Source: an uncultured archaeon (GTDB taxonomy: Archaea; Nanobdellota; Nanobdellia; Pacearchaeales; GW2011-AR1). Taken from it: a stretch of DNA of 64,000 bases. The stretch lies in NCBI GenBank assembly GCA_963845205.1, contig CAWJRC010000002.1, positions 216,825 through 280,824 of the forward strand, read 5' to 3'. The notes under the pieces are model-generated. The model saw nothing but the letters and a program-made list of their open reading frames with translations, made no database searches and was not told where the DNA came from. Each line of letters opens with the position of its first letter. The first letter of the stretch is position 1. Positions 8,492 to 18,862 of this stretch are shown here, in pieces. Both the position numbers and the translations under genes were made by a program.

Positions 8492-10797
8492 CAAAAGAAA
8501 AACAAATCAAACTTAAAGTTGTAGAAGCGATGCAGGATGATGCATATAAAGGAATTGCTAGAATAGATTCTGAGACCATGAGGGAATTAGGAATAAGAAG
8601 AGGAGATGTTATTACAATCAAAGGAAATCGGGAAACTGTTGCAATTGTTGACAGAGCCTACCCTGCTGACGCTGGTGAGGGAATAATCAGGATTGATGGA
8701 ATTCTAAGAAAAAATGCAAAAACCGGAATAGGAGATGTTGTCTCGGTTGAAAAGGCAGACATTAAAGAGGCAAAAAAAGTTATGATCGCTCCCGCACAAA
8801 AAAATATTATGGTTCAGGCAGATGCTGAAAATTTGAGGAGAGGGCTTTTGGGAAGAGCAATTCTTAAAGGAGATATTATTGTTCTTGGAGGAGTTCAAAG
8901 AAGAAGAGATTTGATGTCAGAAGAATTTGGCGGGGATATGGACGATATTTTTGGGAATCTTGGAGATATTTTAGGAGGAATGGGTCTTGGCCAATTTGGT
9001 GGAGGAGGAGTTACTCAAATTAAATTTGTAGTTGTTAATACAAATCCGGGACAGCCCGTTATAATTACAGAAAATACCGAAGTTACACTTAATCCAAAAG
9101 CAGTTGATATTAGTGATGAAAAAATTCCTGAAATAACTTACGAAGATATTGGAGGATTGTCAAATGAAATTAAAAAAATAAGAGAACTTGTTGAAATTCC
9201 TCTTAAACATCCCGAAATTTTTGAGAGATTAGGAATTGAACCTCCAAAAGGCATTTTGCTTCATGGACCACCAGGAACAGGAAAAACTTTACTTGCTAAA
9301 GCTGTTGCAAATGAATCTGAAGCTAACTTTATTTTACTTAATGGTCCTGAGATTATGTCAAAGTTTTATGGAGAATCTGAAAAAAAGATAAGAGACATTT
9401 TTGAAGAAGCAGAGAAGACAGCACCTGCAATTATTTTCATAGACGAGATTGATGCTATTGCTCCAAAAAGAGAGGAAGTTCAGGGAGAAGTTGAGAGAAG
9501 AGTTGTTTCGCAATTATTGACAATGATGGATGGTTTGAAGAGTAGAGGCAAAGTTGTTGTTATCGGAGCTACAAACAGACCGAATGCGATTGATGAAGCA
9601 TTAAGAAGACCTGGAAGATTTGATAGGGAATTAGAGATCAGCGTGCCAGGAAAAGAAGGAAGATTGCAAATTCTTAAAATTCATACAAGAAATATGCCCA
9701 TGGATAAAAAAGTAAATTTAGATGAGATCTCCTCTATAACACATGGTTTTGTCGGAGCAGATTTGGAATCTCTTACAAAAGAAGCTGCTATAATTGTTCT
9801 GAGAAAAATCTTGCCCCAAATGAAATTGGATGCAGATGAAAAAATTCCTCAAGACATACTTGAAAAATTAATTGTTAATCATACTGATTTTATTGACGCT
9901 CTAAAAACAGTACGTCCTTCTGCTATGAGGGAAGTTTTAGTTGAAACTCCTAATGTTGAATGGAATAGTGTTGGAGGATTAGATTCTGTTAAACAAGAAC
10001 TTAAAGAAGCAGTTGAATGGCCTCTTAAACATGCTGAAAGTTTTGAAAGGATGGGAATTCGACCATCAAGAGGAATTTTGCTTTATGGACCACCAGGAAC
10101 AGGTAAAACTCTTTTGGCAAAAGCAGTTGCAAAGGAGTCAGAAGCTAACTTTATTCAAATTAAAGGACCTTCATTGTTAAGCATGTGGGTTGGAAAATCA
10201 GAGGAAGGAATGAGAAAAGTTTTTGAGAGGGCAAGACAAGTTGCCCCTTGTATTATTTTCTTCGATGAGATTGACTCACTTGCAGGAAGAAGAGGACAAG
10301 AAACAGGAACAAAAGTTACAGAAAGAGTTTTGAACCAAATGCTTGCAGAAATGGATGGACTTGAAGATTTGAATGATGTTATCGTCATCGGGGCAACAAA
10401 TCGTCCTGACATGCTTGATACCGCATTATTAAGACCCGGAAGATTTGACAAGATTTTACTTGTTAATGCTTCTGAAGAAGATGGGAGATTACAAATTTTG
10501 CAAATTCATACAAAAAAAATGCCTATTGCAAAAGATGTTGACTTAAAAGAAATTGCCAAAGAAACAAATGGATATACTGGTGCTGATTTGGAAGCTGTTG
10601 CTAGAGAAGCAGCTTATTTTGCATTGAGAGAAGATATGAGTTCCAAACAAGTAAAGAAAAAACATTTTGATGAAGCTCTTAAAAAAATCAAACCTAGTGT
10701 GAATAAATCTACAATTGATTTATACAAAAAAATTGAAGAGACTTATCTTAAATCAGCTAAGGCTGCTTTGCCAATGGACAATTCTTATTTAGGGTAA
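8488..10797 (+). CDS. cdc48: Cdc48/VCP/VAT-type AAA+ ATPase (N domain plus D1 and D2)
   Basis: Two complete AAA modules: [15 protein letters not shown] twice, IIFIDEIDA and IIFFDEIDS, and two GATNRP...RPGRFD second-region-of-homology motifs. Confidence 0.95.
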   Translation: MTKEKQIKLKVVEAMQDDAYKGIARIDSETMRELGIRRGDVITIKGNRETVAIVDRAYPADAGEGIIRIDGILRKNAKTGIGDVVSVEKADIKEAKKVMIAPAQKNIMVQADAENLRRGLLGRAILKGDIIVLGGVQRRRDLMSEEFGGDMDDIFGNLGDILGGMGLGQFGGGGVTQIKFVVVNTNPGQPVIITENTEVTLNPKAVDISDEKIPEITYEDIGGLSNEIKKIRELVEIPLKHPEIFERLGIEPPKGILLHGPPGTGKTLLAKAVANESEANFILLNGPEIMSKFYGESEKKIRDIFEEAEKTAPAIIFIDEIDAIAPKREEVQGEVERRVVSQLLTMMDGLKSRGKVVVIGATNRPNAIDEALRRPGRFDRELEISVPGKEGRLQILKIHTRNMPMDKKVNLDEISSITHGFVGADLESLTKEAAIIVLRKILPQMKLDADEKIPQDILEKLIVNHTDFIDALKTVRPSAMREVLVETPNVEWNSVGGLDSVKQELKEAVEWPLKHAESFERMGIRPSRGILLYGPPGTGKTLLAKAVAKESEANFIQIKGPSLLSMWVGKSEEGMRKVFERARQVAPCIIFFDEIDSLAGRRGQETGTKVTERVLNQMLAEMDGLEDLNDVIVIGATNRPDMLDTALLRPGRFDKILLVNASEEDGRLQILQIHTKKMPIAKDVDLKEIAKETNGYTGADLEAVAREAAYFALREDMSSKQVKKKHFDEALKKIKPSVNKSTIDLYKKIEETYLKSAKAALPMDNSYLG

Positions 10798-10798
10798 A

Positions 10799-10996
10799 AT
10801 GGAACTTGAAGAACTTCTTGGGATGTGTTGTGTATGCGGAAAAATAAGAATTGATAATGAGAAAAATAAGTGGATAAGTGAAACAGAAAATCCTTTTTTA
10901 TACAATTCTTTAATAAAAAAATATGAAGGGAAGATAACTCATGGGTATTGTCCTGAAGATTACGCAAAGGTTATGAAAGAGATCAATAATAAATAA
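10799..10996 (+). CDS. small Cys/His protein
   Basis: 65 aa, MCCVCGKIRIDNEKNKW...THGYCPEDY. Starts 2 nt after the cdc48 stop. Confidence 0.4.
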   Translation: MELEELLGMCCVCGKIRIDNEKNKWISETENPFLYNSLIKKYEGKITHGYCPEDYAKVMKEINNK

Positions 10997-10998
10997 TT

Positions 10999-11883
10999 TT
11001 ACTCACTTGTTACAGTAATTTTATCATCTACAAGAATTGTGTTTTCTGCTTGGCTTACTATCGCATGAGATGCTTCAACTAATTGAGGATATTGATGAAT
11101 ATTTCCATTTTCTTCTAATTGTTTCAACGAAAAAAGAGCCTTTGTACCAAATTTTTTTATAATCCATCTTGAACAGAATGGGAGTGTTTGATACTCTTCT
11201 CCTATAAAGTCCAGAACTTTTCTTGCTTCAGGACTTCTTACATTTTTCCCATTTATTAAAATATAAATTCCTGAAGGTTTTCCTTCATATATCTTTCCAC
11301 TACCATTTGTCGCAAAAGGTTCAATTGCATATAAGCCTTTATCAAGTTTATCTGTTCTTGAATTTTTGATATTCATAATTGTTAATCCTGCATGAAGTTC
11401 ATATTCGTCCATCTCGTGCCCTGTTAAATTTATTATCGGAGAAAATTTGTGTGATTCAATTGTTTCCTGAACTGTTTTTCCAATTTCTCCAAGAGAACCT
11501 TTTTGTTCAACTTTCTTTATCGCGTTTTTTAGAGCTTCTTTGCTTGCTTCGATTAATTTTCTATTTTCTTCATTGTTTTCTAAATCAATAGAAAAGGCGG
11601 TGTCTGAGATCCAACCATCAACTTGGACTCCCAAATCTACTTTTAGTAATCCTTCTGCCTTTTTTTCATCATTGTAAGAAGGGGTATAATGTGCAGCAAT
11701 TTCATTTATTGAAAGATTTGTAGGAAATGCAGGTTTTCCTTTAAGTTCGATGATTTTTGATTCAATTTTTTCTGCAATTTCAAGCAAAGGAGTTCCATTT
11801 TTTATTTGTGGTTTAATCCATTCTTTTACTTTTTTTGAAATTTCACCTGCAAGGAGAATTTTTTGTTTCTGTGACGCGTTCAT
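10999..11883 (-). CDS. map: methionine aminopeptidase, type 2 (archaeal)
   Basis: AFPTNLSINEIAAHYTP, VDLGVQVDGWISDTAF, TGHEM and AIEPFATNG match the MetAP2 pita-bread fold pattern. Confidence 0.85.
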   Translation of the reverse strand: MNASQKQKILLAGEISKKVKEWIKPQIKNGTPLLEIAEKIESKIIELKGKPAFPTNLSINEIAAHYTPSYNDEKKAEGLLKVDLGVQVDGWISDTAFSIDLENNEENRKLIEASKEALKNAIKKVEQKGSLGEIGKTVQETIESHKFSPIINLTGHEMDEYELHAGLTIMNIKNSRTDKLDKGLYAIEPFATNGSGKIYEGKPSGIYILINGKNVRSPEARKVLDFIGEEYQTLPFCSRWIIKKFGTKALFSLKQLEENGNIHQYPQLVEASHAIVSQAENTILVDDKITVTSE

Positions 11884-11934
11884 TATATATTTTTGTTACT
11901 TAAGATTTAAATAATCTATGCTCACAAATAATTT

Positions 11935-12675
11935 ATGGAAAAATTACTTGAATTAGAACCAAAAGGAAAGTTCGTTTTTGTTGGTGATACCCATGGCGAT
12001 TTGGAAGCGAGCGAAATAGTTATAAATAAGTATCTAAATGTTGAAACTAAAATTTGTTTTCTAGGTGATTATGTGGACCGCGGAGAAAAAAGCAAGGAGA
12101 ATGTTGAATATCTCCTGAAAATTAAAAAAGAAAATCCCGAGAAGATTATTTTACTCCAAGGAAATCATGAAAATTATCCTATACAGAATTTTAACAATGA
12201 TAATTTTTGGGAAAGTCTTAGCTCTGATGAGACAGAGGAATATTATAATATATTCAGAGAGTTTCCGATGGTATTGTCTGTAGGAAACGTAATTGCATTA
12301 CATGGAGCGCTGCCGCAGATAAAAAATCTTAAAGAAATAAATGACATAAAAGAAAAAGATGAAAATTGGAGAGCAATTCTTGGAGGAGATTTTTTTCCTA
12401 AGTTTATTGATTGTGGAGAAGATAGCATTGATGATTCCGATTCATATTTAAGGCCAGCATATAAGCAAAATTATTTTGAAAGTATCATGGATAATATTAA
12501 TAAAAGAATATTGATAAGATCGCACCAGCCTGATGCTGAAAAAATATTGTTCGACAAACGCTGCCTAACAATTTTTACATCATCTGCTTATGGGACAGAA
12601 AGAACTATAGCAATGGTTGATTTTGGAAAAAAGATGGATACTATTGAAGATTTGGTTATTCAGAAGATTGATTAA
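11935..12675 (+). CDS. PPP-family Ser/Thr protein phosphatase (metallophosphoesterase)
   Basis: GDTHGD, GDYVDRG, GNHE and HGA motifs in the PPP order. Confidence 0.8.
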   Translation: MEKLLELEPKGKFVFVGDTHGDLEASEIVINKYLNVETKICFLGDYVDRGEKSKENVEYLLKIKKENPEKIILLQGNHENYPIQNFNNDNFWESLSSDETEEYYNIFREFPMVLSVGNVIALHGALPQIKNLKEINDIKEKDENWRAILGGDFFPKFIDCGEDSIDDSDSYLRPAYKQNYFESIMDNINKRILIRSHQPDAEKILFDKRCLTIFTSSAYGTERTIAMVDFGKKMDTIEDLVIQKID

Positions 12676-13144
12676 TTTTTTCTTCTTTGTATTTTAATCT
12701 TCTATTTTTTGGAATGAAATTTGTTATTTTGTTTTCGGAGATCTTTCCTGTTCCAAGAAAATCGTCTTTGAACTTCATAATAAAAAATCCCTTCTTACCT
12801 GTTGTAATATTCAACTCCTGCCCCATCATCCACTGTTCTGCTTGTTTTTCATCCATCTCAAAAGTATTTTTAGTAACCTGTTCTTGGAGAAGATGAACCC
12901 CTTCAATGCTAAGACGTATTCCATCGTTCTGCTCTTTTGCAAAATACAGTCCAATGCCTTCTATTCTTGCAAAATTGTCCAGATTGAAGATTTCTTTTTC
13001 TGAAATATCCCCTGAGAAAATCATAATTCTTTCTTTTCCGAATTTAGCAAGTCTCCATGGGATCTCATTTATTCCAAATTGTTCTTTAAGCTGTCTGATC
13101 AGTTTTTCTTTTTCCTGTTTGCTGAAAAATTTTAGTGGAATCAT
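12656..13144 (-). CDS. Nip7/PUA-like RNA-binding protein (tentative)
   Basis: 162 aa. C-terminal ...KKGFFIMKFKDDFLGTGKISENKITNFIPKNRRL resembles a PUA-like domain. 4-nt overlap with the upstream NSUN methyltransferase; the Nip7-Nop2 partnership is known in eukaryotes. Confidence 0.35.
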   Translation of the reverse strand: MIPLKFFSKQEKEKLIRQLKEQFGINEIPWRLAKFGKERIMIFSGDISEKEIFNLDNFARIEGIGLYFAKEQNDGIRLSIEGVHLLQEQVTKNTFEMDEKQAEQWMMGQELNITTGKKGFFIMKFKDDFLGTGKISENKITNFIPKNRRLKYKEEKINQSSE

Positions 13145-14103
13145 TTTAACTTCCTCATCTTAGTTATAAAAAATCCTTCTGTATTTTCATCCTGAGGATA
13201 AACTCTGCATGAATATTTAACATCTTCCAGATATTCTTTTTCATACCACTTTGTTATTCCTGGGCGTGTGTTTAATGGGAGATTTATTTTTTCGATCTTT
13301 ACCCTGAAATTTTTTAATGCAAAATCAATAACTTCTTCATTTTCTTCAGGAGCATGAGTGCATGTGCTGTAAATCAACTCCCCATTCGGTTTTAAGATGT
13401 TTATTGCTGAAGCAATAAGGGCTTTTTGAAGTTTTGAAAGATTTTCAATTGTTTTAATATTCCACATTTCAAAAGTCGCAGGAGTACTTCTGATTGTTCC
13501 TTCACCCGAGCATGGTGCGTCTAACAAGATTTTGTCAAAGAGGAAATTTTCTCTTTCAAACCTTTTGCATAAAGCAATTCCATCTCTTCTTGTCATTATA
13601 GTATTCATAACTCCGCATCTTTCAATATTTGATGCTAGAATTTTTACTCTTCCAAATTTTACTTCATTTGCAATTATTAATCCCGAATTTTCTAGACTTG
13701 CTGCAATCTGTGTTGTTTTGCTGCCGGGGGATGCGCACAAGTCCAGAACTCTTTCACCTTTCTTAGGATTCAGGACTAAAACAGGGAGCATGCTTGCAAT
13801 TTCCTGAATATAATAATAGCCCAGAATATGTTCTAATGCTCTTCCCAGTTCTCCTGGTGCAAGTTCATTTTCAACAATCATTATTTCTGGGTAATTTTTG
13901 AAGGGAATTTTTATTTTCCATCCTTTTTCTTCAAGACGTTTTTTCAAGTTTTCGGAATTTATCTTTAATGTGTTACATCTTATAGAACGAACTGGCCCTT
14001 TTTTTAAAATTTCCATATAAGAATCAAAATCTTTTCCGAGAAGTTTTTTCATTCTTTCAAGAAAAAGAGGTTTTGGTTCGTAATTGTTTTTTCTGGTCAT
14101 CAA
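13141..14103 (-). CDS. NOL1/NOP2/Sun-family RNA cytosine-C5 methyltransferase
   Basis: DLCASPGSKTTQ (SAM motif I), LLDAPCSGEGT (motif IV Cys), IYSTCT (motif VI Cys). Confidence 0.9.
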   Translation of the reverse strand: MMTRKNNYEPKPLFLERMKKLLGKDFDSYMEILKKGPVRSIRCNTLKINSENLKKRLEEKGWKIKIPFKNYPEIMIVENELAPGELGRALEHILGYYYIQEIASMLPVLVLNPKKGERVLDLCASPGSKTTQIAASLENSGLIIANEVKFGRVKILASNIERCGVMNTIMTRRDGIALCKRFERENFLFDKILLDAPCSGEGTIRSTPATFEMWNIKTIENLSKLQKALIASAINILKPNGELIYSTCTHAPEENEEVIDFALKNFRVKIEKINLPLNTRPGITKWYEKEYLEDVKYSCRVYPQDENTEGFFITKMRKLK

Positions 14104-16550
14104 AACTCCCCCAATGTTCTTTGCTTTTTTTCTTCAAGAATTGAATTAACATCAAAATTGAAAACCTGCATTATATTTTCAACAGCAGGGAGTATTTGGT
14201 GTTTTAGATAATATTCTATATTGTATTCCCCTTTCTCATCTGTTAGCTTTACTTTATCTCTTATCAGTTTTTTCTTGTCTTTTGTCTCAGCTATATAATA
14301 CTCAATTAAAGTTCCGGCAGAAATGGGAATTTCTCTTTCAACCATTTTTTGTGCTGCAACAACATGGGGGGAAATTGCCCTGTACTCTGAGATTGGTTTC
14401 TTTAACTGGGTTCTTATAGTCATTTTTTTCAAATCTATTTTCCTTTCTTTAACCTGTTCAACAATTCTCTTTAAATATTCTAATGCTCTCTTTTCGTTGC
14501 CTTCTTTTAATATCATAATTAAGACTTCATTCTGAACTTCTCTGGCCAATGCACACCAGTCTCTGCGAACAGTTTCAAATCCTCGAATTTTTAATTTTTC
14601 CTTATCATTTATTAACGCGTATTTTTTCTTTGCTCCGAATTCTCCTGTTCTTGTTGTAACCCAGATCCCTCTTTTGTAAAAATCTTCAAGTTCAAGTTCC
14701 ATTATTCCTGGCAGTTGGGAATTTAATTTTTTAAGAAATTCTAAAGTTTTTTCTCTTAAATTTTTATTCAAGGTAAATGCAAAACCATCAGTATCAGCGT
14801 AAATTACTGAGAAGCCTGCTTTATTTGTTTTTTCAATCGCTTCTTTTATCGCTTCCCTTGCAAATGCTGCTGTTGCTGCTGCAGCTTCTTCACAATAATA
14901 CCTTGCTCCAAAAAACCCAAGATAACCATAACTTGCATTTGCAAGAAGTTTGAATGCATTGCTCCTTGCATTTTTTATTGCATCAGGTTTTTTTCTCAAT
15001 TCCTGTTTATACTGTTTTCTTTTTTCTATAATCTCTTTTAACATTTCTGGGAAAAATCCCGGCTCTTTTGAAAAGTAAACTTTCTTTTTTTCTATTTCAA
15101 TGCTATAACTATTCTTTTCCGGCTTTTCAAGAAGGGTCGACTTTGATAAATTGTATGTCACAATAACGCTTCCATAACTGCTTGTGAAATCAAACATAGC
15201 GAGATTTTCATACAATCCTGCTTTTGGTTCAAGAACAAATGCCCCCTTGTACTTTTCCCTACTTCTTCTTTCACCTATTTCATCGTAAGATGGACGTTTT
15301 TCGGGAATTTCATTAAATTTTGGCAAGTTATGCAGAATATAATCCTCAACATTCGTAGACATCCCGTTTCTTGAAACATCAAAAACAGGTTCCTGCATGA
15401 TTCTTGTGAACTCTAGAAGATCAGGCCAGATTTTTTCGAAAATTTTATAAGTTAAGACTGAATCGTGAAGATTATACTCAAAATAATTCGTCCATTCATT
15501 ACCATCTATTTTTGAAGAATGTTTGTGCTCATGTTCTTTTTTTGATTCCCCTAAAAATTCATTTGCAACTTCATTCAGAGAAAGAGTTTCTGACTGCATG
15601 TACTGAGAATAAGCTGTCTGAATAAAACGAAGCAGGTCTATATGTACAATTCCATCAATCTTTGCTGTTGTCATTACTCCCCTTGAAAATTTAGGCTGGC
15701 TTCCGTCAAGACCAATTGACAATTTAACTTTATACTTATCTGCTCTTGCTTTAAGATAAGGAAAATCAAATCCATCAGAAAAATATCCCGTAATAAAATC
15801 GGGGGAAATTTTTTTTACATATTCAACAAACTTTTCAAGAAGCTCTGCTTCATCTTTTACATATTCTACATTTGGAATTTCTTTATATTTCTTCCAGGTT
15901 ATAACTTTTTTAAAATTTTCAGAGACGAGAGAAATCATTAAGATCTCGCCCTCTCCGATTTTGAACTCATCTGTTTCAATATCAAATGCAAGAATCTTTG
16001 GAAAAATGTCCAATTTGTCTATTTGCTTTATTGAATCTACTTTAATGCATAAGTCTACATCCAATGAAGAATCAATTCCACCAAACTCTAAGCTATTATC
16101 CAAAACTTCCCCTTCAATTTCATACCAGTTTAAGGGGTACAATTTTTTTTCAATTATATAATGACTTATGAAGCCTAGATCATAACCTCTTCTTTTTACT
16201 ATTTCAGGCATTCCCATCTGTTCTGCGATATCATGCATATCTTTGTAATTTGTAGCAAATATCTTTATTGCCTTAACATCTTTTCCGAGAAATTTTTTAT
16301 TCTGTAATTCTGTTTTTTCAACTTTAGTCTGCCTCCCCTTTACATCAAGTTGGATTTTTTCTATTTTTTCCCTAGCCTTTTCTATTTCTTTTTTGCTTAA
16401 TTTTTCCTTAAGAACTGCCCAGAAATAAACGTCACATGAGTCAATAATACAAATTCTTTTCCCTTTATTGTCTCTTCCAATTACTTTTGCGTAATTTTCC
16501 CCCTCAAAATCAAAGTAATTATAATCTATGGGGGTAAATTCTATTTTCAT
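14100..16550 (-). CDS. polB: family-B DNA polymerase
   Basis: Exo motifs FDIET and YNLHDS. Pol motifs DFTSSYGS, KLLANASYGY and IYADTDG. Confidence 0.95.
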   Translation of the reverse strand: MKIEFTPIDYNYFDFEGENYAKVIGRDNKGKRICIIDSCDVYFWAVLKEKLSKKEIEKAREKIEKIQLDVKGRQTKVEKTELQNKKFLGKDVKAIKIFATNYKDMHDIAEQMGMPEIVKRRGYDLGFISHYIIEKKLYPLNWYEIEGEVLDNSLEFGGIDSSLDVDLCIKVDSIKQIDKLDIFPKILAFDIETDEFKIGEGEILMISLVSENFKKVITWKKYKEIPNVEYVKDEAELLEKFVEYVKKISPDFITGYFSDGFDFPYLKARADKYKVKLSIGLDGSQPKFSRGVMTTAKIDGIVHIDLLRFIQTAYSQYMQSETLSLNEVANEFLGESKKEHEHKHSSKIDGNEWTNYFEYNLHDSVLTYKIFEKIWPDLLEFTRIMQEPVFDVSRNGMSTNVEDYILHNLPKFNEIPEKRPSYDEIGERRSREKYKGAFVLEPKAGLYENLAMFDFTSSYGSVIVTYNLSKSTLLEKPEKNSYSIEIEKKKVYFSKEPGFFPEMLKEIIEKRKQYKQELRKKPDAIKNARSNAFKLLANASYGYLGFFGARYYCEEAAAATAAFAREAIKEAIEKTNKAGFSVIYADTDGFAFTLNKNLREKTLEFLKKLNSQLPGIMELELEDFYKRGIWVTTRTGEFGAKKKYALINDKEKLKIRGFETVRRDWCALAREVQNEVLIMILKEGNEKRALEYLKRIVEQVKERKIDLKKMTIRTQLKKPISEYRAISPHVVAAQKMVEREIPISAGTLIEYYIAETKDKKKLIRDKVKLTDEKGEYNIEYYLKHQILPAVENIMQVFNFDVNSILEEKKQRTLGEF

Positions 16551-16625
16551 AAAAAGTAGAGGATGTTTTGTTATTTAAAACTAATCCTACACAAATCTTA
16601 AAAACTTATTTTTGATGTTTTTTTC

Positions 16626-16874
16626 ATGCCAAATTTAAATAATATAATCGGGAGAATTCCTGATGATCCGAAAGAAATCGCATTTGAAGATTTGTATTTC
16701 GGTTATAACTCTGATGAAGATCATAATGGAAGTAGGGGAATCGGTTTAGCAGATGCTGTAATTCAACGAGCAAAAAAAGCTGGAATGAGTACACAAACAT
16801 GGATAAACCTTCATAGGTTTTATTATCAAATGAGAAAAGACAAGGAAATGGAAAGATATAATTCCCATTTATAA
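16626..16874 (+). CDS. hypothetical protein
   Basis: 82-aa ORF between polB and fen1, no motif. Confidence 0.35.
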   Translation: MPNLNNIIGRIPDDPKEIAFEDLYFGYNSDEDHNGSRGIGLADAVIQRAKKAGMSTQTWINLHRFYYQMRKDKEMERYNSHL

Positions 16875-16908
16875 TAAACTATTTATAGAAGAAGCACATG
16901 TCTAATTT

Positions 16909-17949
16909 ATGGGGCTAAATATACGTGAAATTATTCCGAGAAGTGAAATTGAAATTTCTGACCTAAAAGGCAAAACAATTTGCATTGATGCATTTAATAC
17001 TCTGTACCAATTTTTGTCTTCAATAAGACAAATGGATGGAACTCCATTGATGGATAGTAAGAAAAGGATTACAAGTCATCTTTCTGGAATTTTTTATAGG
17101 AACATTGCTTTACTTGAGCAGGGAATAAGGTTGATTTATGTTTTTGACGGAAAACCTCCTGAACTAAAATACAAGACATTTATTGAAAGGGCTGGAGGAA
17201 GAGAAATTGCCCGGGAAAGATATGAAAAGGCAAGGGGCGAAGAGAATATCGAAAGTATGAAACGATACAGCAGCCAGTTAATTAGATTAAATGACGAGAT
17301 GATTAAAGAGAGCAAACAACTTTTGGAAGCAATGGGGATTGCTGTTGTACAGGCACCAAGTGAAGGAGAATCAGAAGCTGCATATCTCGCACGTACAAGA
17401 GAGAATATTTATGCTAGTGCAAGTCAGGATTATGACAGCCTGCTTTTTGCTGCTCCGAAACTAATACGAAATCTAACTCTTGCAAAAAAAAGGAAAACAA
17501 TCAGCGGATGGGTTGAAGTAAAGCCTGAAATTATTGAACTTGAAAAAGTTTTGAATTATCTTGAGATAAATCTTGATCAATTGATCTGCCTGGGAATTTT
17601 AGTAGGAACAGATTATAATCCCAAAGGAATTCCCGGAATTGGGCAGAAGAAAGCTTTGCAGATTGTTAAGAAATATAAACAACCTGTTCTGATTTTTGAA
17701 GGGATGAAAGAACAAATGGAAAATTTATCTGAAGAAGATAAATTTGACTGGAAAGAAATTTTTGCACTTTTTCATAAACCCGATGTTTCTCATGCAATTT
17801 TCAAATTTGAAAAAGTAAATGAAAAAAAGATAAGGGAAATTTTAGTTAAAGAACATGAATTTTCCGATGAAAGAGTTCAGAAACAGCTTGAAAGACTTAG
17901 AGAGATTACAGAAAAGAACAAGCAAAGTGGATTAGATAAATGGTTTTAA
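16909..17949 (+). CDS. fen: flap endonuclease 1
   Basis: IDAFNTLYQFLS, VFDGKPPELK, APSEGESEAAYL, QDYDSLLF, GTDYN..GIPGIGQKKA (H3TH) and a C-terminal PIP-like QSGLDKWF. Confidence 0.95.
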   Translation: MGLNIREIIPRSEIEISDLKGKTICIDAFNTLYQFLSSIRQMDGTPLMDSKKRITSHLSGIFYRNIALLEQGIRLIYVFDGKPPELKYKTFIERAGGREIARERYEKARGEENIESMKRYSSQLIRLNDEMIKESKQLLEAMGIAVVQAPSEGESEAAYLARTRENIYASASQDYDSLLFAAPKLIRNLTLAKKRKTISGWVEVKPEIIELEKVLNYLEINLDQLICLGILVGTDYNPKGIPGIGQKKALQIVKKYKQPVLIFEGMKEQMENLSEEDKFDWKEIFALFHKPDVSHAIFKFEKVNEKKIREILVKEHEFSDERVQKQLERLREITEKNKQSGLDKWF

Positions 17950-18789
17950 TCATCCCACTTTCTTTTTTTCATTTCTTAACTGCAAAATTCTGTCTCTTAA
18001 TTGAATTAGATAAGCACTATTATTCGGATCTTCTTTCTGGACACGATTATATTCATTTATAAGACTTTTTAATTCAGCATCTATGTTTGTGGTTAATTGT
18101 TTTGTTTCTTTTTCTACCTGTTCTTCTTCTTTTCTTTCTTCGTGAATTATTTCTCCCTGAACTTTCTGTTCCTCTTTTCTTCCTTCTTGAACTATTCTTT
18201 GATCTGTTGCTTCAGCCTGATTAACTTTCTGTTCTTCTTTTTTAATATTCCCTATGTTACTCTTTTGTTGACTATAAGGGTTGTTATTTACTAAACGTTT
18301 TTTTTTTCCGAGAAAAAATAATCCCGCTATGAGTAGACATGCCCCCAAAACAAAAAGAACTGTACCATCATACGCAAAAAAACCTAACAGAATTAATATG
18401 CCCCCAAAAATAAATAATGAACTGCCCTTTAATTTTACTATTGTAAAAATAACTCCCCCTAGTATTACAATGGGCAGTATAACGCTGAAAGTATCTGAAG
18501 AAATTCCCAGATTAAAGAAAAATCCGCTTATGTTAAATCCTGATTGATTTACTACATAAACTAAAAGGAATGCAATTACTCCCGAAATTATTCCCGAAAT
18601 ACTAGTGTTCCCCTTGAAAACTGTTCTGTTAAGGGAGAAAAATATAATTGAAAATGAAAGAATGAACACTGCGGATAATATCACTGTAGATTGATCTAAT
18701 TGATTTAATAAGTCACTTATAGTACCCTGAGCGCTTACCAAACCAGTTAATGCTATAATCAAAAAAATTCCTAACACCCCTTTTTTCAT
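17950..18789 (-). CDS. membrane protein with signal peptide, about 5 TM segments and a charged coiled-coil tail
   Basis: Hydrophobicity pattern, then an EEQKV repeat-rich C-terminus. Confidence 0.5.
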   Translation of the reverse strand: MKKGVLGIFLIIALTGLVSAQGTISDLLNQLDQSTVILSAVFILSFSIIFFSLNRTVFKGNTSISGIISGVIAFLLVYVVNQSGFNISGFFFNLGISSDTFSVILPIVILGGVIFTIVKLKGSSLFIFGGILILLGFFAYDGTVLFVLGACLLIAGLFFLGKKKRLVNNNPYSQQKSNIGNIKKEEQKVNQAEATDQRIVQEGRKEEQKVQGEIIHEERKEEEQVEKETKQLTTNIDAELKSLINEYNRVQKEDPNNSAYLIQLRDRILQLRNEKKKVG

Positions 18790-18862
18790 ATTGAAATTAA
18801 GAAGAATCTTTTTATAAACTTTATGTCGATGGATTTAATAATTATCGATATTTAATCATATA

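Noticed and set aside
10780-10797. Possible HbYX proteasome-docking motif at the Cdc48 C-terminus (…NSYLG)
   Set aside because: The Tyr is at position -3 rather than the penultimate position, so the motif is not canonical and I make no claim.
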